Source: Gammaproteobacteria bacterium (GTDB lineage: Bacteria > Pseudomonadota > Gammaproteobacteria > Eutrophobiales > Eutrophobiaceae). Taken from it: DNA of 64,000 nt. Numbering within the stretch: position 1 is the first letter of the stretch; each line of letters begins with the position of its first letter. The notes below the pieces were generated by a model. The model made no database searches and was not told the origin of the DNA. It saw only the letters and a program-made list of their open reading frames with translations. Below, piece after piece: positions 30,642 through 42,337 of the stretch. The stretch spans positions 1,888,001 through 1,952,000 of the forward strand of contig OZ244905.1 in NCBI GenBank assembly GCA_965221695.1, read 5' to 3'. The translations under genes were made by a program, and so were the position numbers.

Positions 30642-30956
30642 CTAATTGTCCGCGATGCGCAGAGTAATTCCATCCAACTCTTCAGTAACCCGTACCTGGC
30701 AGGCAAGGCGGCTGTTGCCGGCGCGCCCTGGTAATGCGCACAGCATGGCCTCCTCCAAATCCTCAATCGCCGGTATTCTGTCCAACCAGTCTGCTTCGAT
30801 ATAGGAATGGCAGGTGCCGCAGGCCGCGGCGCCGCCGCATTCCGCCAGCATCCCTTTGAGTTGGTGGTTGAAAGCTCCCTCCATCAGGGAATAACCGGCT
30901 TCAACCTCTATCTCTCGCCGGTTATTATCAGCGTCGATGTAAATTACAACAGGCAT
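30642..30956 (-). CDS. 2Fe-2S ferredoxin (putidaredoxin/adrenodoxin type)
   Basis: AECGGAAACGTCH..SRLACQ; start placed at ATG 30956. Confidence 0.9.
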   Translation of the reverse strand: MPVVIYIDADNNRREIEVEAGYSLMEGAFNHQLKGMLAECGGAAACGTCHSYIEADWLDRIPAIEDLEEAMLCALPGRAGNSRLACQVRVTEELDGITLRIADN

Positions 30957-30981
30957 ATCGTTAAAGAAAATAATCAGGCCA

Positions 30982-31009
30982 TTGACAGCCATGCTCCTCT
31001 TTCTATAGT
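30982..31009 (+). promoter_or_regulatory. Sigma70-like promoter for the acyl-CoA synthetase operon
   Basis: TTGACA-16 bp-TATAGT. Confidence 0.6.
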
Positions 31010-31080
31010 AAACTAATTGCTTTGCCGGTTCCCTGATTTATGCAGCCGGATAGTTTTCGACCCCGTAGCGGACATACGGT

Positions 31081-32718
31081 ATGAACACAGAACATATATA
31101 TGAAGCCGGCCTGGGCAAAAACCAGGCCAATTATACGCCTTTGTCCCCGCTGACCTTCATTGAGCGCGCGGCTTCTGTTTATCCTGATTATACGTCCGTC
31201 GTGCATGGCGACCTGCGCTTCACCTGGGCCGAGACCTATACCCGCTGCCGTCGCCTGGCATCGGCCCTGCGCAACAGGGGCATAGGCAAAAACGATACGG
31301 TGTCGGTCATGCTGCCGAACATACCGGCCATGTACGAAGCCCATTTCGGCGTGGGCATGGCCGGCGCGGTGCTGAATGCACTCAACTACCGGCTGGACGC
31401 GGACGCGATCGCCTTCATGCTGGACCATGGCGAGGCCAGGGTATTGATTACCGACCGGGAGTTCTCCACCGTCATCAAGGAAGCCATCGCCAGAACAAAG
31501 TGCGACCTGATCGTGATCGATGTCGACGACCCCGCTTACGAGGGTGGCGAACTGCTCGGTGAAACCGACTACGAGTCCTTCCTGCAGGAGGGCAACCCGG
31601 AGTTTGACTGGAACCTGCCGGCGGACGAATGGGATGCGATCGCATTGTGTTACACCTCCGGCACCACGGGCAATCCCAAGGGGGTGGTGACCCATCATCG
31701 CGGCGCCTACCTGAACGCCATTTCCAACCTCATGGTGTGGGGGATGACCGGCCACCCCGTTTACCTGTGGACCCTGCCCATGTTCCACTGCAACGGCTGG
31801 TGTTTTCCCTGGGGCATCGCGGCCACGGCCGGCATCAACATCTGTCTCCGGTCAGTCCGGGCCGATGCCATTTTCTCCCTCATCAAGCAAGAACAAGTCG
31901 ATCACCTGTGCGGCGCCCCTATCGTGCTCAACCTGCTCGGCAACGCGCCCGCCGAATTGAAACAGGGAATAAACCACCAGGTGAAGGTGATGACCGCAGC
32001 GTCGGCGCCGCCGCCCGCGGTGCTGCAGGCCATGGAAGAAATGAACTTCCCCGTTACCCACGTGTACGGCCTGACCGAAGTCTACGGCCCGGCGGTCGTC
32101 TGCGCCTGGCGTGACGAATGGAACGACCTCCCTATAGAAAAGCAGGCTGAAATCAAGGCAAGACAAGGTGTGCGCTACCCGCTGCAGGAAGCCGTGATGG
32201 TGGCAAACCCGGAAACACTGGAACCGGCGCCAAAAGACGGCGAGACGGTCGGAGAGATATTCCAACGCGGCAACATCGTGATGAAGGGCTACCTGAAAAA
32301 CCCCAAGGCAACAGAAGAGTCATTCAAAGGGGGCTGGTTCCACAGCGGCGACCTGGCCGTCTGGCACGAAGACGGCTACGTGGAAATCAAGGACCGTTCA
32401 AAGGACATCATCATTTCAGGCGGCGAGAACATCTCCAGTATTGAGGTGGAAAATACGCTGTATCGCCATCCGGCCATCCTGGAAGCTGCGGTCGTCGCCA
32501 GACCCGATGAGAAATGGGGCGAAACCCCTTGCGCGTTCGTGACCCTGAAGGACGGGGAAACGCTTTCCGAAGAAGAGGTATTGGCATTCTGCCGCGCCAA
32601 CATGGCCCGTTTCAAGGTACCAAAAACAGTTGTCTTCGGCCCGTTGCCCAAGACCTCTACCGGCAAAATCCAGAAATTCATCCTGCGCGCCAAGGCGAAT
32701 GAATTGGGGTCTGAATGA
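31081..32718 (+). CDS. Acyl-CoA synthetase (AAE/DmdB-like medium-chain ligase)
   Basis: ANYTPLSPLTFIERAA, YTSGTTGNPKGV, LPMFHCNGW, YGLTEVYGP, LPKTSTGKIQK. Confidence 0.93.
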   Translation: MNTEHIYEAGLGKNQANYTPLSPLTFIERAASVYPDYTSVVHGDLRFTWAETYTRCRRLASALRNRGIGKNDTVSVMLPNIPAMYEAHFGVGMAGAVLNALNYRLDADAIAFMLDHGEARVLITDREFSTVIKEAIARTKCDLIVIDVDDPAYEGGELLGETDYESFLQEGNPEFDWNLPADEWDAIALCYTSGTTGNPKGVVTHHRGAYLNAISNLMVWGMTGHPVYLWTLPMFHCNGWCFPWGIAATAGINICLRSVRADAIFSLIKQEQVDHLCGAPIVLNLLGNAPAELKQGINHQVKVMTAASAPPPAVLQAMEEMNFPVTHVYGLTEVYGPAVVCAWRDEWNDLPIEKQAEIKARQGVRYPLQEAVMVANPETLEPAPKDGETVGEIFQRGNIVMKGYLKNPKATEESFKGGWFHSGDLAVWHEDGYVEIKDRSKDIIISGGENISSIEVENTLYRHPAILEAAVVARPDEKWGETPCAFVTLKDGETLSEEEVLAFCRANMARFKVPKTVVFGPLPKTSTGKIQKFILRAKANELGSE

Positions 32719-33197
32719 GCGCCTTCCACGTCACCACCCATGAATTGATGGAGATCCTGTCAACCTGCAAGCGGGTTGCCCTGGTGGGCTTGTCGAACGA
32801 CCCGATGCGGCCCAGTTACTTCGCCGGCAAGTACTTGCAGGAACATGGCTTTGACATTGTGCCGGTAAATCCCAACTACCGGGAGATCCTGGGAGAGACC
32901 TGCTATCCCGATCTGCTGTCCATACCGGGAAAAGTGGATGTGGTCGATCTGTTTCAAAAACCAGACCGCGTCATGCCGTTCGTACGCCAGGCTATCGATA
33001 TCGGCGCGCGCGTGGTGTGGATGCAACTCACCATCGTCAACGAAGAAGCCGCGGAGTTGGCGCGCAGCGCCGGCTTGAAAGTCGTCATGGACCGCTGCAT
33101 GAAGATTGAATATGCCCGCTTGTACGGCGGATTGAACTACGCCGGCGTGAATACCCGGGTGATCTCGGCCAAGCGCCCCCTTTTCGTAAACCGGTAA
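32715..33197 (+). CDS. CoA-binding protein (YccU family)
   Basis: VALVGLSNDPMRPSY, PVNP, VVWMQL, VMDRCMKIE. Confidence 0.9.
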   Translation: MSAFHVTTHELMEILSTCKRVALVGLSNDPMRPSYFAGKYLQEHGFDIVPVNPNYREILGETCYPDLLSIPGKVDVVDLFQKPDRVMPFVRQAIDIGARVVWMQLTIVNEEAAELARSAGLKVVMDRCMKIEYARLYGGLNYAGVNTRVISAKRPLFVNR

Positions 33198-33331
33198 TTT
33201 TGCCCCAGGGGATATCCAGATCAAGGAATTATCCGCAGATGGCGCAGATACGCTTGAAAGCAGCGAGACAGCTCTTTTGACACTCGCATTACATGTTTCA
33301 ATATCCTATATATCCTGTACATCCATGTTAA

Positions 33332-34627
<1,296 letters not shown>

Positions 34628-34663
34628 ACAAGAACCGGTATAGCCGGTACTGTTCCAATTTCA

Positions 34664-34690
34664 GGAACCTCTGCTTCAGTCAGAGGATCC
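34664..34690 (-). repeat. 27-bp REP-like palindrome
   Basis: Reverse strand reads GGATCCTCTGACTGAAGCAGAGGTTCC. Confidence 0.7.
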
Positions 34691-34728
34691 TTCAATTTAC
34701 AGAATATAGCCTGTAGGTATATTATTTA

Positions 34729-34755
34729 GGAAGCTCTGACTTAATCAGAGGCTCC
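34729..34755 (+). repeat. 27-bp REP-like palindrome
   Basis: GGAAGCTCTGA-CTTAA-TCAGAGGCTCC. Confidence 0.8.
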
Positions 34756-34818
34756 TTTTATACAAAGTCAGCATAATCTGACTGTTTGTCAAGCATTTTA
34801 CGAAGTACTGTTCTGACT

Positions 34819-36582
34819 ATGACAACGACAGCAGACACTATCGGGGAAGCGCTGGTAAGGGACAATAAGCTACAAGCGGCAGAGCTTGAGCGGGCGCTGA
34901 TTGTCAATGACCGTCGCAGAGACGGCATCGGCCCGTTACTGGTGCGCCTTGGCTTGGTGTCGGAGAAAGACCTGGCCCGTTCTTATGCCGAACGCCATGA
35001 TCTGCCGATACTGCAAGACGATGAATGGCCGGAAATGCCCGTTACTATCGATAACCTGTCTCCCAGGTTTTTGAAGAACGCACGCGTGGTGCCAATCCAA
35101 GAAGACGATGAGCAGGTGACTCTGGCGATTACCGATCCGGAAGATCAGTTTACCGTCCAGGCTTTGGAATTGGCCTGTGATAAACCGTTGGCAATAAAAC
35201 TTGCAACGGTCAGCCAGGTGGAACGCGCCCTGGACCGGCTCTACGGCGGAGACAAGTCCCAGATGGAAGGCATCGTTGAGGAAATTCAGCCGGAGAGCAA
35301 TGTTGCCCAATTTGATTCTATCGAGGAGTTGCGCAACCTGGCGGCGGAAGCGCCCATCATCCGGCTGGTTAATCTCATCATCAACCGGGCGATGACGTTA
35401 CGCGCCTCGGATATACATATTGAACCTTTCGAAAACCGGCTGATAGTTCGTTATCGCATCGACGGCGTTCTGCAGGAAGGGGAAGCGCCGCCGGTACATT
35501 CCGCAGCGGCGGTGGTCTCCCGGATCAAGATCATGGCAAAGCTGAATATTGCCGAACGCCGCCTGCCACAAGATGGCCGCATCCAGATAAGAGCGCAGGG
35601 CAAACCGATTGATTTGAGGGTGTCGACCGTACCCACTTTGTATGGCGAGAGCATGGTATTGCGCATCCTGGATAAGGAACAGGTAGCGCTGGACATGGAC
35701 ACGCTCGGGTTTGATGGCGCCGGCAGGCAACGCTTTCAAGGCTTGCTTGCCCAGCCCCATGGCATCATCCTGGTAACCGGGCCGACCGGCAGCGGCAAAA
35801 CCACCACCTTGTATGCGGCATTGCAGACGCTTAATACTCCCGGTAAAAAGATACTCACGGTAGAAGATCCGGTGGAGTATCAATTGGAGAGAATCAACCA
35901 GATCCAGGTAAAACCCCAAATCGGTCTTGATTTTGCGAGCGCGTTGCGGTCGATCGTGCGCCAGGACCCCGATGTCATCATGATCGGTGAAATGCGCGAC
36001 CTGGAAACCGCGCGCATCGCCGTGCAATCAGCGCTCACGGGCCATTTGGTCTTGTCAACGCTGCATACTAACGATGCGGGTAGTTCGGTTACTCGTCTGC
36101 TGGATATGGGCGTGGAAAACTACCTGCTCACCTCAACCCTGAATGGCATTGTGGCGCAGCGGCTGGTGCGAACATTATGTCCGGATTGCCGGCAAATGTA
36201 TCAGCCGCCCCGCGCGCAGTTGGATGAGTGGCAGCGCTGGTTGACCGCGGAGAACAACCCCGATCAGGAATGCGACCTGCTTGCAGTATTGAATAAAGAA
36301 GCGCCGTCGGATCAACATAAAACCACCGACGACCTGGTTTTCTACCGGCCGGGCGGATGCAAATCCTGCTCAAACACCGGTTACCACGGGCGCACCGTGA
36401 TCAGTGAATTGTTGATGTTGTCCGAGTCGGTGCGCCGTTTGATCCTGTCTCACGCAGATGGCAGGGAAATACAGAATGCGGCAATAAAAGCCGGAATGGA
36501 CAATATGAAAATCGATGGGTTGAGAAAGGCGTTAAAAGGAATTACCACCGCCGAGGAAGTAGCGCGGGTAACCGAAGTGTAG
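34819..36582 (+). CDS. gspE: Type II secretion ATPase with N-terminal MshEN-like extension
   Basis: RASDIHIEP, ERRLPQDGR, GPTGSGKTTTLY, RQDPDVIMIGEMRD, STLHTND; start placed at ATG 34819. Confidence 0.95.
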   Translation: MTTTADTIGEALVRDNKLQAAELERALIVNDRRRDGIGPLLVRLGLVSEKDLARSYAERHDLPILQDDEWPEMPVTIDNLSPRFLKNARVVPIQEDDEQVTLAITDPEDQFTVQALELACDKPLAIKLATVSQVERALDRLYGGDKSQMEGIVEEIQPESNVAQFDSIEELRNLAAEAPIIRLVNLIINRAMTLRASDIHIEPFENRLIVRYRIDGVLQEGEAPPVHSAAAVVSRIKIMAKLNIAERRLPQDGRIQIRAQGKPIDLRVSTVPTLYGESMVLRILDKEQVALDMDTLGFDGAGRQRFQGLLAQPHGIILVTGPTGSGKTTTLYAALQTLNTPGKKILTVEDPVEYQLERINQIQVKPQIGLDFASALRSIVRQDPDVIMIGEMRDLETARIAVQSALTGHLVLSTLHTNDAGSSVTRLLDMGVENYLLTSTLNGIVAQRLVRTLCPDCRQMYQPPRAQLDEWQRWLTAENNPDQECDLLAVLNKEAPSDQHKTTDDLVFYRPGGCKSCSNTGYHGRTVISELLMLSESVRRLILSHADGREIQNAAIKAGMDNMKIDGLRKALKGITTAEEVARVTEV

Positions 36583-36586
36583 AAAA

Positions 36587-37813
36587 ATGCCAAGTTTCAG
36601 GTACAAAGCGATTTCATCCGAGGACGGAAATATGCTGGAGGGTGTGCTGGATGCGCCAACCCGGGAGATGGCTATTGTTCAATTGCAAAATGCCGGACAC
36701 CTGCCCGTCAGCGCGGTTGAAACAAACGCCGGTGTAACGCTTGATTTCAGTCGACTACTGGAGTGGCGGCGCCCGCGTAACGTGACCCAAAAAGATGTAA
36801 CGCTGATGACCCGGGAACTGGCTACACTATTGCAGGCCGGCTTGCCCCTGGACCAAGCGCTGCGTAACATGGAACGGCTGCGCCACAAGCGACCCATGCA
36901 ACAATTACTGCGCAAACTGTCCGACAGTCTGCAAGCCGGCCTCAGCTTTTCGGACGCGCTGGCGAAGCAGTCGGGGGTGTTCAGCAACCTGTATGTAAAC
37001 ATGGTTCGGGCAGGCGAGTTCAGTGGCTCTTTGGAAAATGTTATCAGGCGCCTGGCCGACTACCTGGAACACATTGCCTCGTTGCGGGCGCATGTGATCA
37101 CTACCCTCATTTATCCCGCGGTCCTGTTCGTGTTTTCCGTTTTGTCATTGGTCATTCTGATGACATTTGTAATACCCGAGTTTATTCCCTTGTTCGAGGA
37201 TGCCGAACAAACACTGCCGCTGCTGACAAGGGTCATTTTTGCGCTCTCTTACCAGTTTCAGCAGTACTGGTGGGGGGTGTTGCTGGCATTTCTCCTGTTA
37301 CTGCTGATCGTGGAAAAATGCTTGCAACGCCCCCTGTATCGGCGTTATTTTGATGCATGGTGTCTGCGCCTGCCATGGGTGGGCGAGATCATCAGGCAAT
37401 CGGAAGTGGCGCGCTTTGCTCACAGCCTTAGCGCTGCCATTGGCAATGGCGTGCCGTTGCTGACCGGAATGCGCCTGGTGAAGGAGGTAATAGGAAATAC
37501 CCGGATTGCAGAAGATATTGAAGCGGTATACGCTAATCTTGAGCAAGGCATGTCTATGGCCGGCCCGTTGAAAGAGTCGCCGGTTTGGCCGGAACTGGCT
37601 GCGCAACTGATAGAGGTAGGCGAAACCAGCGGGCAGTTGGAAGTCATGCTGGTGAAAGTTGCAGATATCTATGACAAAGAGGCGCAAACCGCCATAAAAC
37701 GTCTCCTGGTTGTCCTGGAGCCGGCGTTGATCCTGGGACTTGGCGGGTTGATAGCAGTCATCATTGCCTCGGTGCTGCTTGCTCTCTTGAGTTTAAATTC
37801 ACTGGTGATATGA
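36587..37813 (+). CDS. gspF: Type II secretion inner-membrane platform protein
   Basis: RELATLLQAGLPL, YVNMVRAGE, LIYP, GETSGQLE, LEP. Confidence 0.95.
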   Translation: MPSFRYKAISSEDGNMLEGVLDAPTREMAIVQLQNAGHLPVSAVETNAGVTLDFSRLLEWRRPRNVTQKDVTLMTRELATLLQAGLPLDQALRNMERLRHKRPMQQLLRKLSDSLQAGLSFSDALAKQSGVFSNLYVNMVRAGEFSGSLENVIRRLADYLEHIASLRAHVITTLIYPAVLFVFSVLSLVILMTFVIPEFIPLFEDAEQTLPLLTRVIFALSYQFQQYWWGVLLAFLLLLLIVEKCLQRPLYRRYFDAWCLRLPWVGEIIRQSEVARFAHSLSAAIGNGVPLLTGMRLVKEVIGNTRIAEDIEAVYANLEQGMSMAGPLKESPVWPELAAQLIEVGETSGQLEVMLVKVADIYDKEAQTAIKRLLVVLEPALILGLGGLIAVIIASVLLALLSLNSLVI

Positions 37814-38244
37814 ATATGTTAGCAAACAAACAGAAAACCCAAACGGGCTTCAGCCTGATTGAATTGTTGGTGGTATTGACAATTATTGCCCTGCTGGGGG
37901 CCGTAGTCGGTCCGCAGTTGATAACTAACCTGGGTGGGGCCAAATCAGATACGACAAAATTGCAGATCGAAGATTTTGGCGCGGCCCTGGATATGTTTTA
38001 CCTCGATAACGGTCGTTATCCCACTACCGACGAAGGATTGAGCGCGTTGATCACAGAGCCTGACGACCTGGATAACTGGAACGGGCCTTACCTGAAAAAA
38101 AGCAACCTTCCCAAAGACGCCTGGGGTAACGATTACCGATATGAAGCGCCCGGAGATAACGGACTCTACGATTTATATTCCTATGGCGCGGATAATTCCT
38201 CCGGGGGCTCCGGTGAAGACAAAGACATTGTCAGTTGGAAATGA
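37810..38244 (+). CDS. gspG: Major pseudopilin
   Basis: GFSLIELLVVL, LDNGRYPT..GL.AL, NWNGPYL, DAWGNDY. Confidence 0.96.
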   Translation: MNMLANKQKTQTGFSLIELLVVLTIIALLGAVVGPQLITNLGGAKSDTTKLQIEDFGAALDMFYLDNGRYPTTDEGLSALITEPDDLDNWNGPYLKKSNLPKDAWGNDYRYEAPGDNGLYDLYSYGADNSSGGSGEDKDIVSWK

Positions 38245-38677
38245 ACATGGCATCACCCTGATCGAATTGTTATTGGTGATGATCATCATAATGTTACTGG
38301 CGACCTTGGTTCCGCCGCTACAAATTGACATGATTGAGAGCGCCAGATACAGGCAGGCAAAGCAGGAAATCATTGCCGGACTGCGGTTTTCCAGGAGCAA
38401 GGCAATCAACAATCAGGCATCTGTCAGGTTCGCCATCAATACGGAAGACGGAACAATGACGATAACCGACAAAATACGGAACTTGCACATACCGGACGAT
38501 GTAACGATTACGATGAACTCCGCGCCGTCGGAACAGGTATCGGAAGGTGAGAGCGCGATCCGTTTTTTCCCCGACGGGAGCTCAACCGGCCTGGAATTAC
38601 TTTTCCAAAGAGGAGAACAGAATGTCCGCATCCATGTGGATGAATTGACCGGACGAGTCAGCAACGTTGAAGAATAA
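38228..38677 (+). CDS. gspH: Minor pseudopilin H
   Basis: GITLIELL, SRSKAI, IRFFPDGSSTG; TTG start inferred. Confidence 0.88.
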   Translation: MSVGNEHGITLIELLLVMIIIMLLATLVPPLQIDMIESARYRQAKQEIIAGLRFSRSKAINNQASVRFAINTEDGTMTITDKIRNLHIPDDVTITMNSAPSEQVSEGESAIRFFPDGSSTGLELLFQRGEQNVRIHVDELTGRVSNVEE

Positions 38678-39071
38678 CATGATGCGCTGCCAGACCGGCA
38701 TCACCTTGATCGAGGTGGTCGTGGCGTTTTTTATTACCACGTTATCGCTCGGCATCATTTTTCAAATCTATGCGAAAGGCGTCACCGCGGTTGTTCTCGC
38801 CAATGAGTACGCCTCAGCCCTGTCCATCGCCGAGTCCAGGTTGGCCGAGGTGTCCAGGGGCGCGGAAATGCGCAACTATAAAAGCGAGGGTAAAGAAGAA
38901 AACCGGTATGATTGGACAATAGAAACCACCGACCACATGATTGCGGACCCGAGCGACACTGCGCGCACTGCATACTCCCTGGTACAGGTCGATGTGAATG
39001 TCAGTTGGCAAAGCCGCGGCAAAACGCGCAACATTGACCTGCAAACACTGAAACCGATCATAGTTCAGTAA
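38667..39071 (+). CDS. gspI: Minor pseudopilin I
   Basis: GITLIEVVVAF, AESRLAE; operon position. Confidence 0.88.
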   Translation: MKNNMMRCQTGITLIEVVVAFFITTLSLGIIFQIYAKGVTAVVLANEYASALSIAESRLAEVSRGAEMRNYKSEGKEENRYDWTIETTDHMIADPSDTARTAYSLVQVDVNVSWQSRGKTRNIDLQTLKPIIVQ

Positions 39072-39757
39072 TGTCATATCCCAGGTTCCAATGCCGCATG
39101 CTTCCCGTGAACGCACGCGCGGCAAACGGTTTCACGTTGCCGGAAATGCTGCTTGCGCTGTTATTGTTCAGCATGGTGTTGCTGATGCTCTACGGCAGCC
39201 TGTTCCAGGCCGGCAATTATTGGCGTGCCAGCGAGATTCAATTACGCAAAAACGATGATAAACGTTTCATCCTGTCGTTCATTCGCAAACGCATAGAACA
39301 GGCGCGTCCGATTATCCAGGAACTGAGCGGAAACGACCGCGTAATCTTTCGGGGAGACGCCCACAGTGTGGAATTTGTATCAACGTTGCCGTCCTATGCA
39401 ACTGACGATGGTCTGTATTTTCTGAAGTTTGAAATTCAGGAAAATATACTGGTTCTCAATTATCTACCCCTGGCCAGGGATGTAAATATGTTCAGTAGCA
39501 ATATTTTTGCTGATGCTGAACAAATCAACCTGGTGGAAGATGTCGAGCAGGTGGACCTGGAATATTTCGGGAGGCATACGCCGGGTAGTCAGCCCGTGTG
39601 GCGAGATGCCTGGAATAACACGCATTGGTTGCCCCAGCGGTTGCGGATCAGTTTTGAAACCAATAACCACCATCCCTGGCCACAACAAGTCATCGCGCTA
39701 CGGTCACAAGCCGAATGGAGACCGCCGCAACTGGTCATTTACCTGGAAGGAGCTTAG
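39071..39757 (+). CDS. gspJ: Minor pseudopilin J
   Basis: GFTLPEMLLAL, YFG..W...W..LP. Confidence 0.88.
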   Translation: MSYPRFQCRMLPVNARAANGFTLPEMLLALLLFSMVLLMLYGSLFQAGNYWRASEIQLRKNDDKRFILSFIRKRIEQARPIIQELSGNDRVIFRGDAHSVEFVSTLPSYATDDGLYFLKFEIQENILVLNYLPLARDVNMFSSNIFADAEQINLVEDVEQVDLEYFGRHTPGSQPVWRDAWNNTHWLPQRLRISFETNNHHPWPQQVIALRSQAEWRPPQLVIYLEGA

Positions 39758-39760
39758 CCG

Positions 39761-40669
39761 GTGGCGCTGTTTGAACATGGCTGTTGCTTACACCCGGCCC
39801 GGCATAAGAGGCAGGACGGGATCGCGCTGGTCCTGGTCCTCTGGCTGGTAGCGCTGCTGTCCATTATGGTTGCGGGCTTCAGTTACGCCATGCGAACGGA
39901 AACCTGGTTGACCATACATGGTATTGAATCGGCGCAAGCCCGCAGTCTGGCTGAAGCGGGTTTATGGTTGGCTGTGGGAGACTTGTTGAGTCCTGAAGCG
40001 GAAAGACGCTGGTCGGCTGACGGCACGGAGGTTGAAACAGAGTTCGATAACGAAAAAATCAGACTGCGTATTCAGGATGAAGCCGGCAAAATTGCTCTGA
40101 ACGAGGCAGACGATGAACTTCTGCTGGGCCTGTTAAAAACCGCCACAGCAACGGATAGTAAAGCGCTGTTCCTGCGCAATGCGATCCTGGACTGGCGCGA
40201 TGCCGACCAACAGGCGCGCAGCCCGGGTACCGAGGATAACCCTTCCACCGGTTACAACGCCAAAGATGGCCCGTTCAACAGCATAGAAGAATTGCGCCGT
40301 GTTGCCGGCATGACCGATAAAATATACGGCAAAATCAGCAAGGCCCTGACGATTCACTCTTTGCAACCGGGCTTCAACCCACTCCTGGCTCCGCGCAGCG
40401 TCCTAGATGCCGTGCCCGGCAGCAACAGCGACCTCATTGATGAATACCTGGCCAACCGCCACATACCAGGAGTAAACGCCACCATAACGGACCAGGATCA
40501 CCTCTATTTCAATGCCGACCAAGGGCGCGCCTATACCATTACCAGCACAGCCAGAGCAGGACGAAGCAGACTGGCGCTGACTGCTGTTATTGAACTGGAC
40601 AGGAATGTGACGCCCCCTTATTCGGCGCTCACCTGGCAGGAGTCTAAGCTGCATTATGAACACCCGTAA
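39761..40669 (+). CDS. gspK: Minor pseudopilin K
   Basis: GIALVLVLW, IQDEAGKIALN, ILDWRD, PFNSIEELRRVAGM. Confidence 0.92.
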   Translation: MALFEHGCCLHPARHKRQDGIALVLVLWLVALLSIMVAGFSYAMRTETWLTIHGIESAQARSLAEAGLWLAVGDLLSPEAERRWSADGTEVETEFDNEKIRLRIQDEAGKIALNEADDELLLGLLKTATATDSKALFLRNAILDWRDADQQARSPGTEDNPSTGYNAKDGPFNSIEELRRVAGMTDKIYGKISKALTIHSLQPGFNPLLAPRSVLDAVPGSNSDLIDEYLANRHIPGVNATITDQDHLYFNADQGRAYTITSTARAGRSRLALTAVIELDRNVTPPYSALTWQESKLHYEHP

Positions 40670-41762
40670 AGCGTCAAAACAGAACAGGTCATTGCCGGCG
40701 ATGACGCTAACGTCCCGCGCCGGGGATTTTCTGAGTTGGTGGTGGGAGGGACTGTTGCTGGCTCTGCCTGAACGTTGGGCGGCGAGCTTGCGCCATGTTC
40801 CCGATATTGTGACAGTGGAAGCACAGGGGCATCTGCTGACTTTCAAGCTCTACGACGGCGCCGAGCAACATCTACGTGAAGAACGCGCCATCGACGCGCA
40901 GGACATCAGCGCGCAAGCAGAGATAAATCACTGGCTTGATAATCATGAGAATGCAGCCGATCTCATCCTCCTGATACCGCCCGACAAGCGCTTGACTAAA
41001 AATCTTACTTACCCGCTGGCTTCAGAGAAAGACCTGCGTGCGGTCCTGGGCCATGACATGGACAAACAAACACCGTTCACCACTGGCCAGGTATACTTTG
41101 ATTACACGATAGCGCGTAAAGACAGGGAAAGCGGTAAGTTACGTGTTGATCTCCATCTGGTTTTGAAAAAAACCTTGCGTGACCTGCTTGGCGTTCTGTC
41201 CTTTCTCACCTTGAGGCCAAAAGCGGCGGCGGCGGATATTGACACGCTTGCAGATGGCATCAATTTTCTTCCCGTGGAGGAGCGCCCGATTAAGGATTCT
41301 TTCTATCAGCGCGTGAAACTGACGGCCTTGTTCTCGATAATCCTGATTTTGGTTGCGCTATATCTTCCGCTGGCGCGCTATAATGCTATTGCCAAAGAGC
41401 TCGAAAGAGACGTGGGGGAAAACAGAACGCAGGCTATGCAGGCGCAAACGCTTATCGACAGAAAGCGGGTCATCCTGGAAAGAGCTGATTTTTTGCAGAA
41501 CCAGGTTCGTTATCAGACCCCTTTCATACGCCTGCTGCACGAAGTCACCCGCAGCTTACCGGACGATACCTGGCTTACCCAATTCATCATTAACGAGGGT
41601 CAAATGCAAATTCGGGGCGAAACAATTGCTGCCGCTTCGGTGATCCGTCTGATTGAACAATCGGATTATTTTGAGAACGCTGAATTCCGTTCGCCGGTTA
41701 CCAAGAGCAGTGGCGGGACAAGAGAAGAGTTCCATATCACTGCCCGGCTGGAAATGAAATGA
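40656..41762 (+). CDS. gspL: T2SS protein L (XpsL/PilN-domain type)
   Basis: FLSWWWEGL..LP, MDKQTPF...VYFDY, INFLP, LPDDTWL, F.SPVT. Confidence 0.88.
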   Translation: MNTRKASKQNRSLPAMTLTSRAGDFLSWWWEGLLLALPERWAASLRHVPDIVTVEAQGHLLTFKLYDGAEQHLREERAIDAQDISAQAEINHWLDNHENAADLILLIPPDKRLTKNLTYPLASEKDLRAVLGHDMDKQTPFTTGQVYFDYTIARKDRESGKLRVDLHLVLKKTLRDLLGVLSFLTLRPKAAAADIDTLADGINFLPVEERPIKDSFYQRVKLTALFSIILILVALYLPLARYNAIAKELERDVGENRTQAMQAQTLIDRKRVILERADFLQNQVRYQTPFIRLLHEVTRSLPDDTWLTQFIINEGQMQIRGETIAAASVIRLIEQSDYFENAEFRSPVTKSSGGTREEFHITARLEMK

Positions 41763-42337
41763 ATAAGGCAAAGTTAAAACGTCTGCTGCACAGCTCGATT
41801 TCTGTCAGCTTGACATTGCTGGGAGTCGGAGCATTATTTTTCTTCGTGGTCTGGCCGGCATTATCAAGTCGGGCGGCGTTACAGGAACGTTTGCAGGCAT
41901 TACAGCTTCAAGAGCAAAAATTCGGTCTGGCCACGTTGCGAACGCCTGCCCTGGAAAAAGAACTTGAGGAGCTGGCCGCGCGGGAAATAAACCTGGAAGG
42001 CTTTCTCGAAGAAAAACCGCTTGCCCTGGCAGCAGCCGACCTGCAACAGATGATTGGTTCGTTCGTCGAAGAGGCTGGCGCATCACTGATCAGCGCCCAG
42101 GTTCTGCAGGAAGCAGATAATGACAGCCCGTTTCCTGCCATCATCGTGAAAGTCAATCTTCACGGCAATACTGATTCGTTGCACAAGATACTGTACCGGA
42201 TAGATACCAGTCGGTTGCAGTTATTGGCGGACAATCTGCGTGTGCAAAAAAGGCAATCAGGCGGCAACCCGTCTGTTGACGAGCTGGGGATACGGTTTGA
42301 CGTCACTGCGTTTATCTACCGGCCGGAATCCTCATGA
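41759..42337 (+). CDS. gspM: T2SS protein M
   Basis: N-terminal TM, LAAADLQQ; position between L and C/N. Confidence 0.82.
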   Translation: MNKAKLKRLLHSSISVSLTLLGVGALFFFVVWPALSSRAALQERLQALQLQEQKFGLATLRTPALEKELEELAAREINLEGFLEEKPLALAAADLQQMIGSFVEEAGASLISAQVLQEADNDSPFPAIIVKVNLHGNTDSLHKILYRIDTSRLQLLADNLRVQKRQSGGNPSVDELGIRFDVTAFIYRPESS

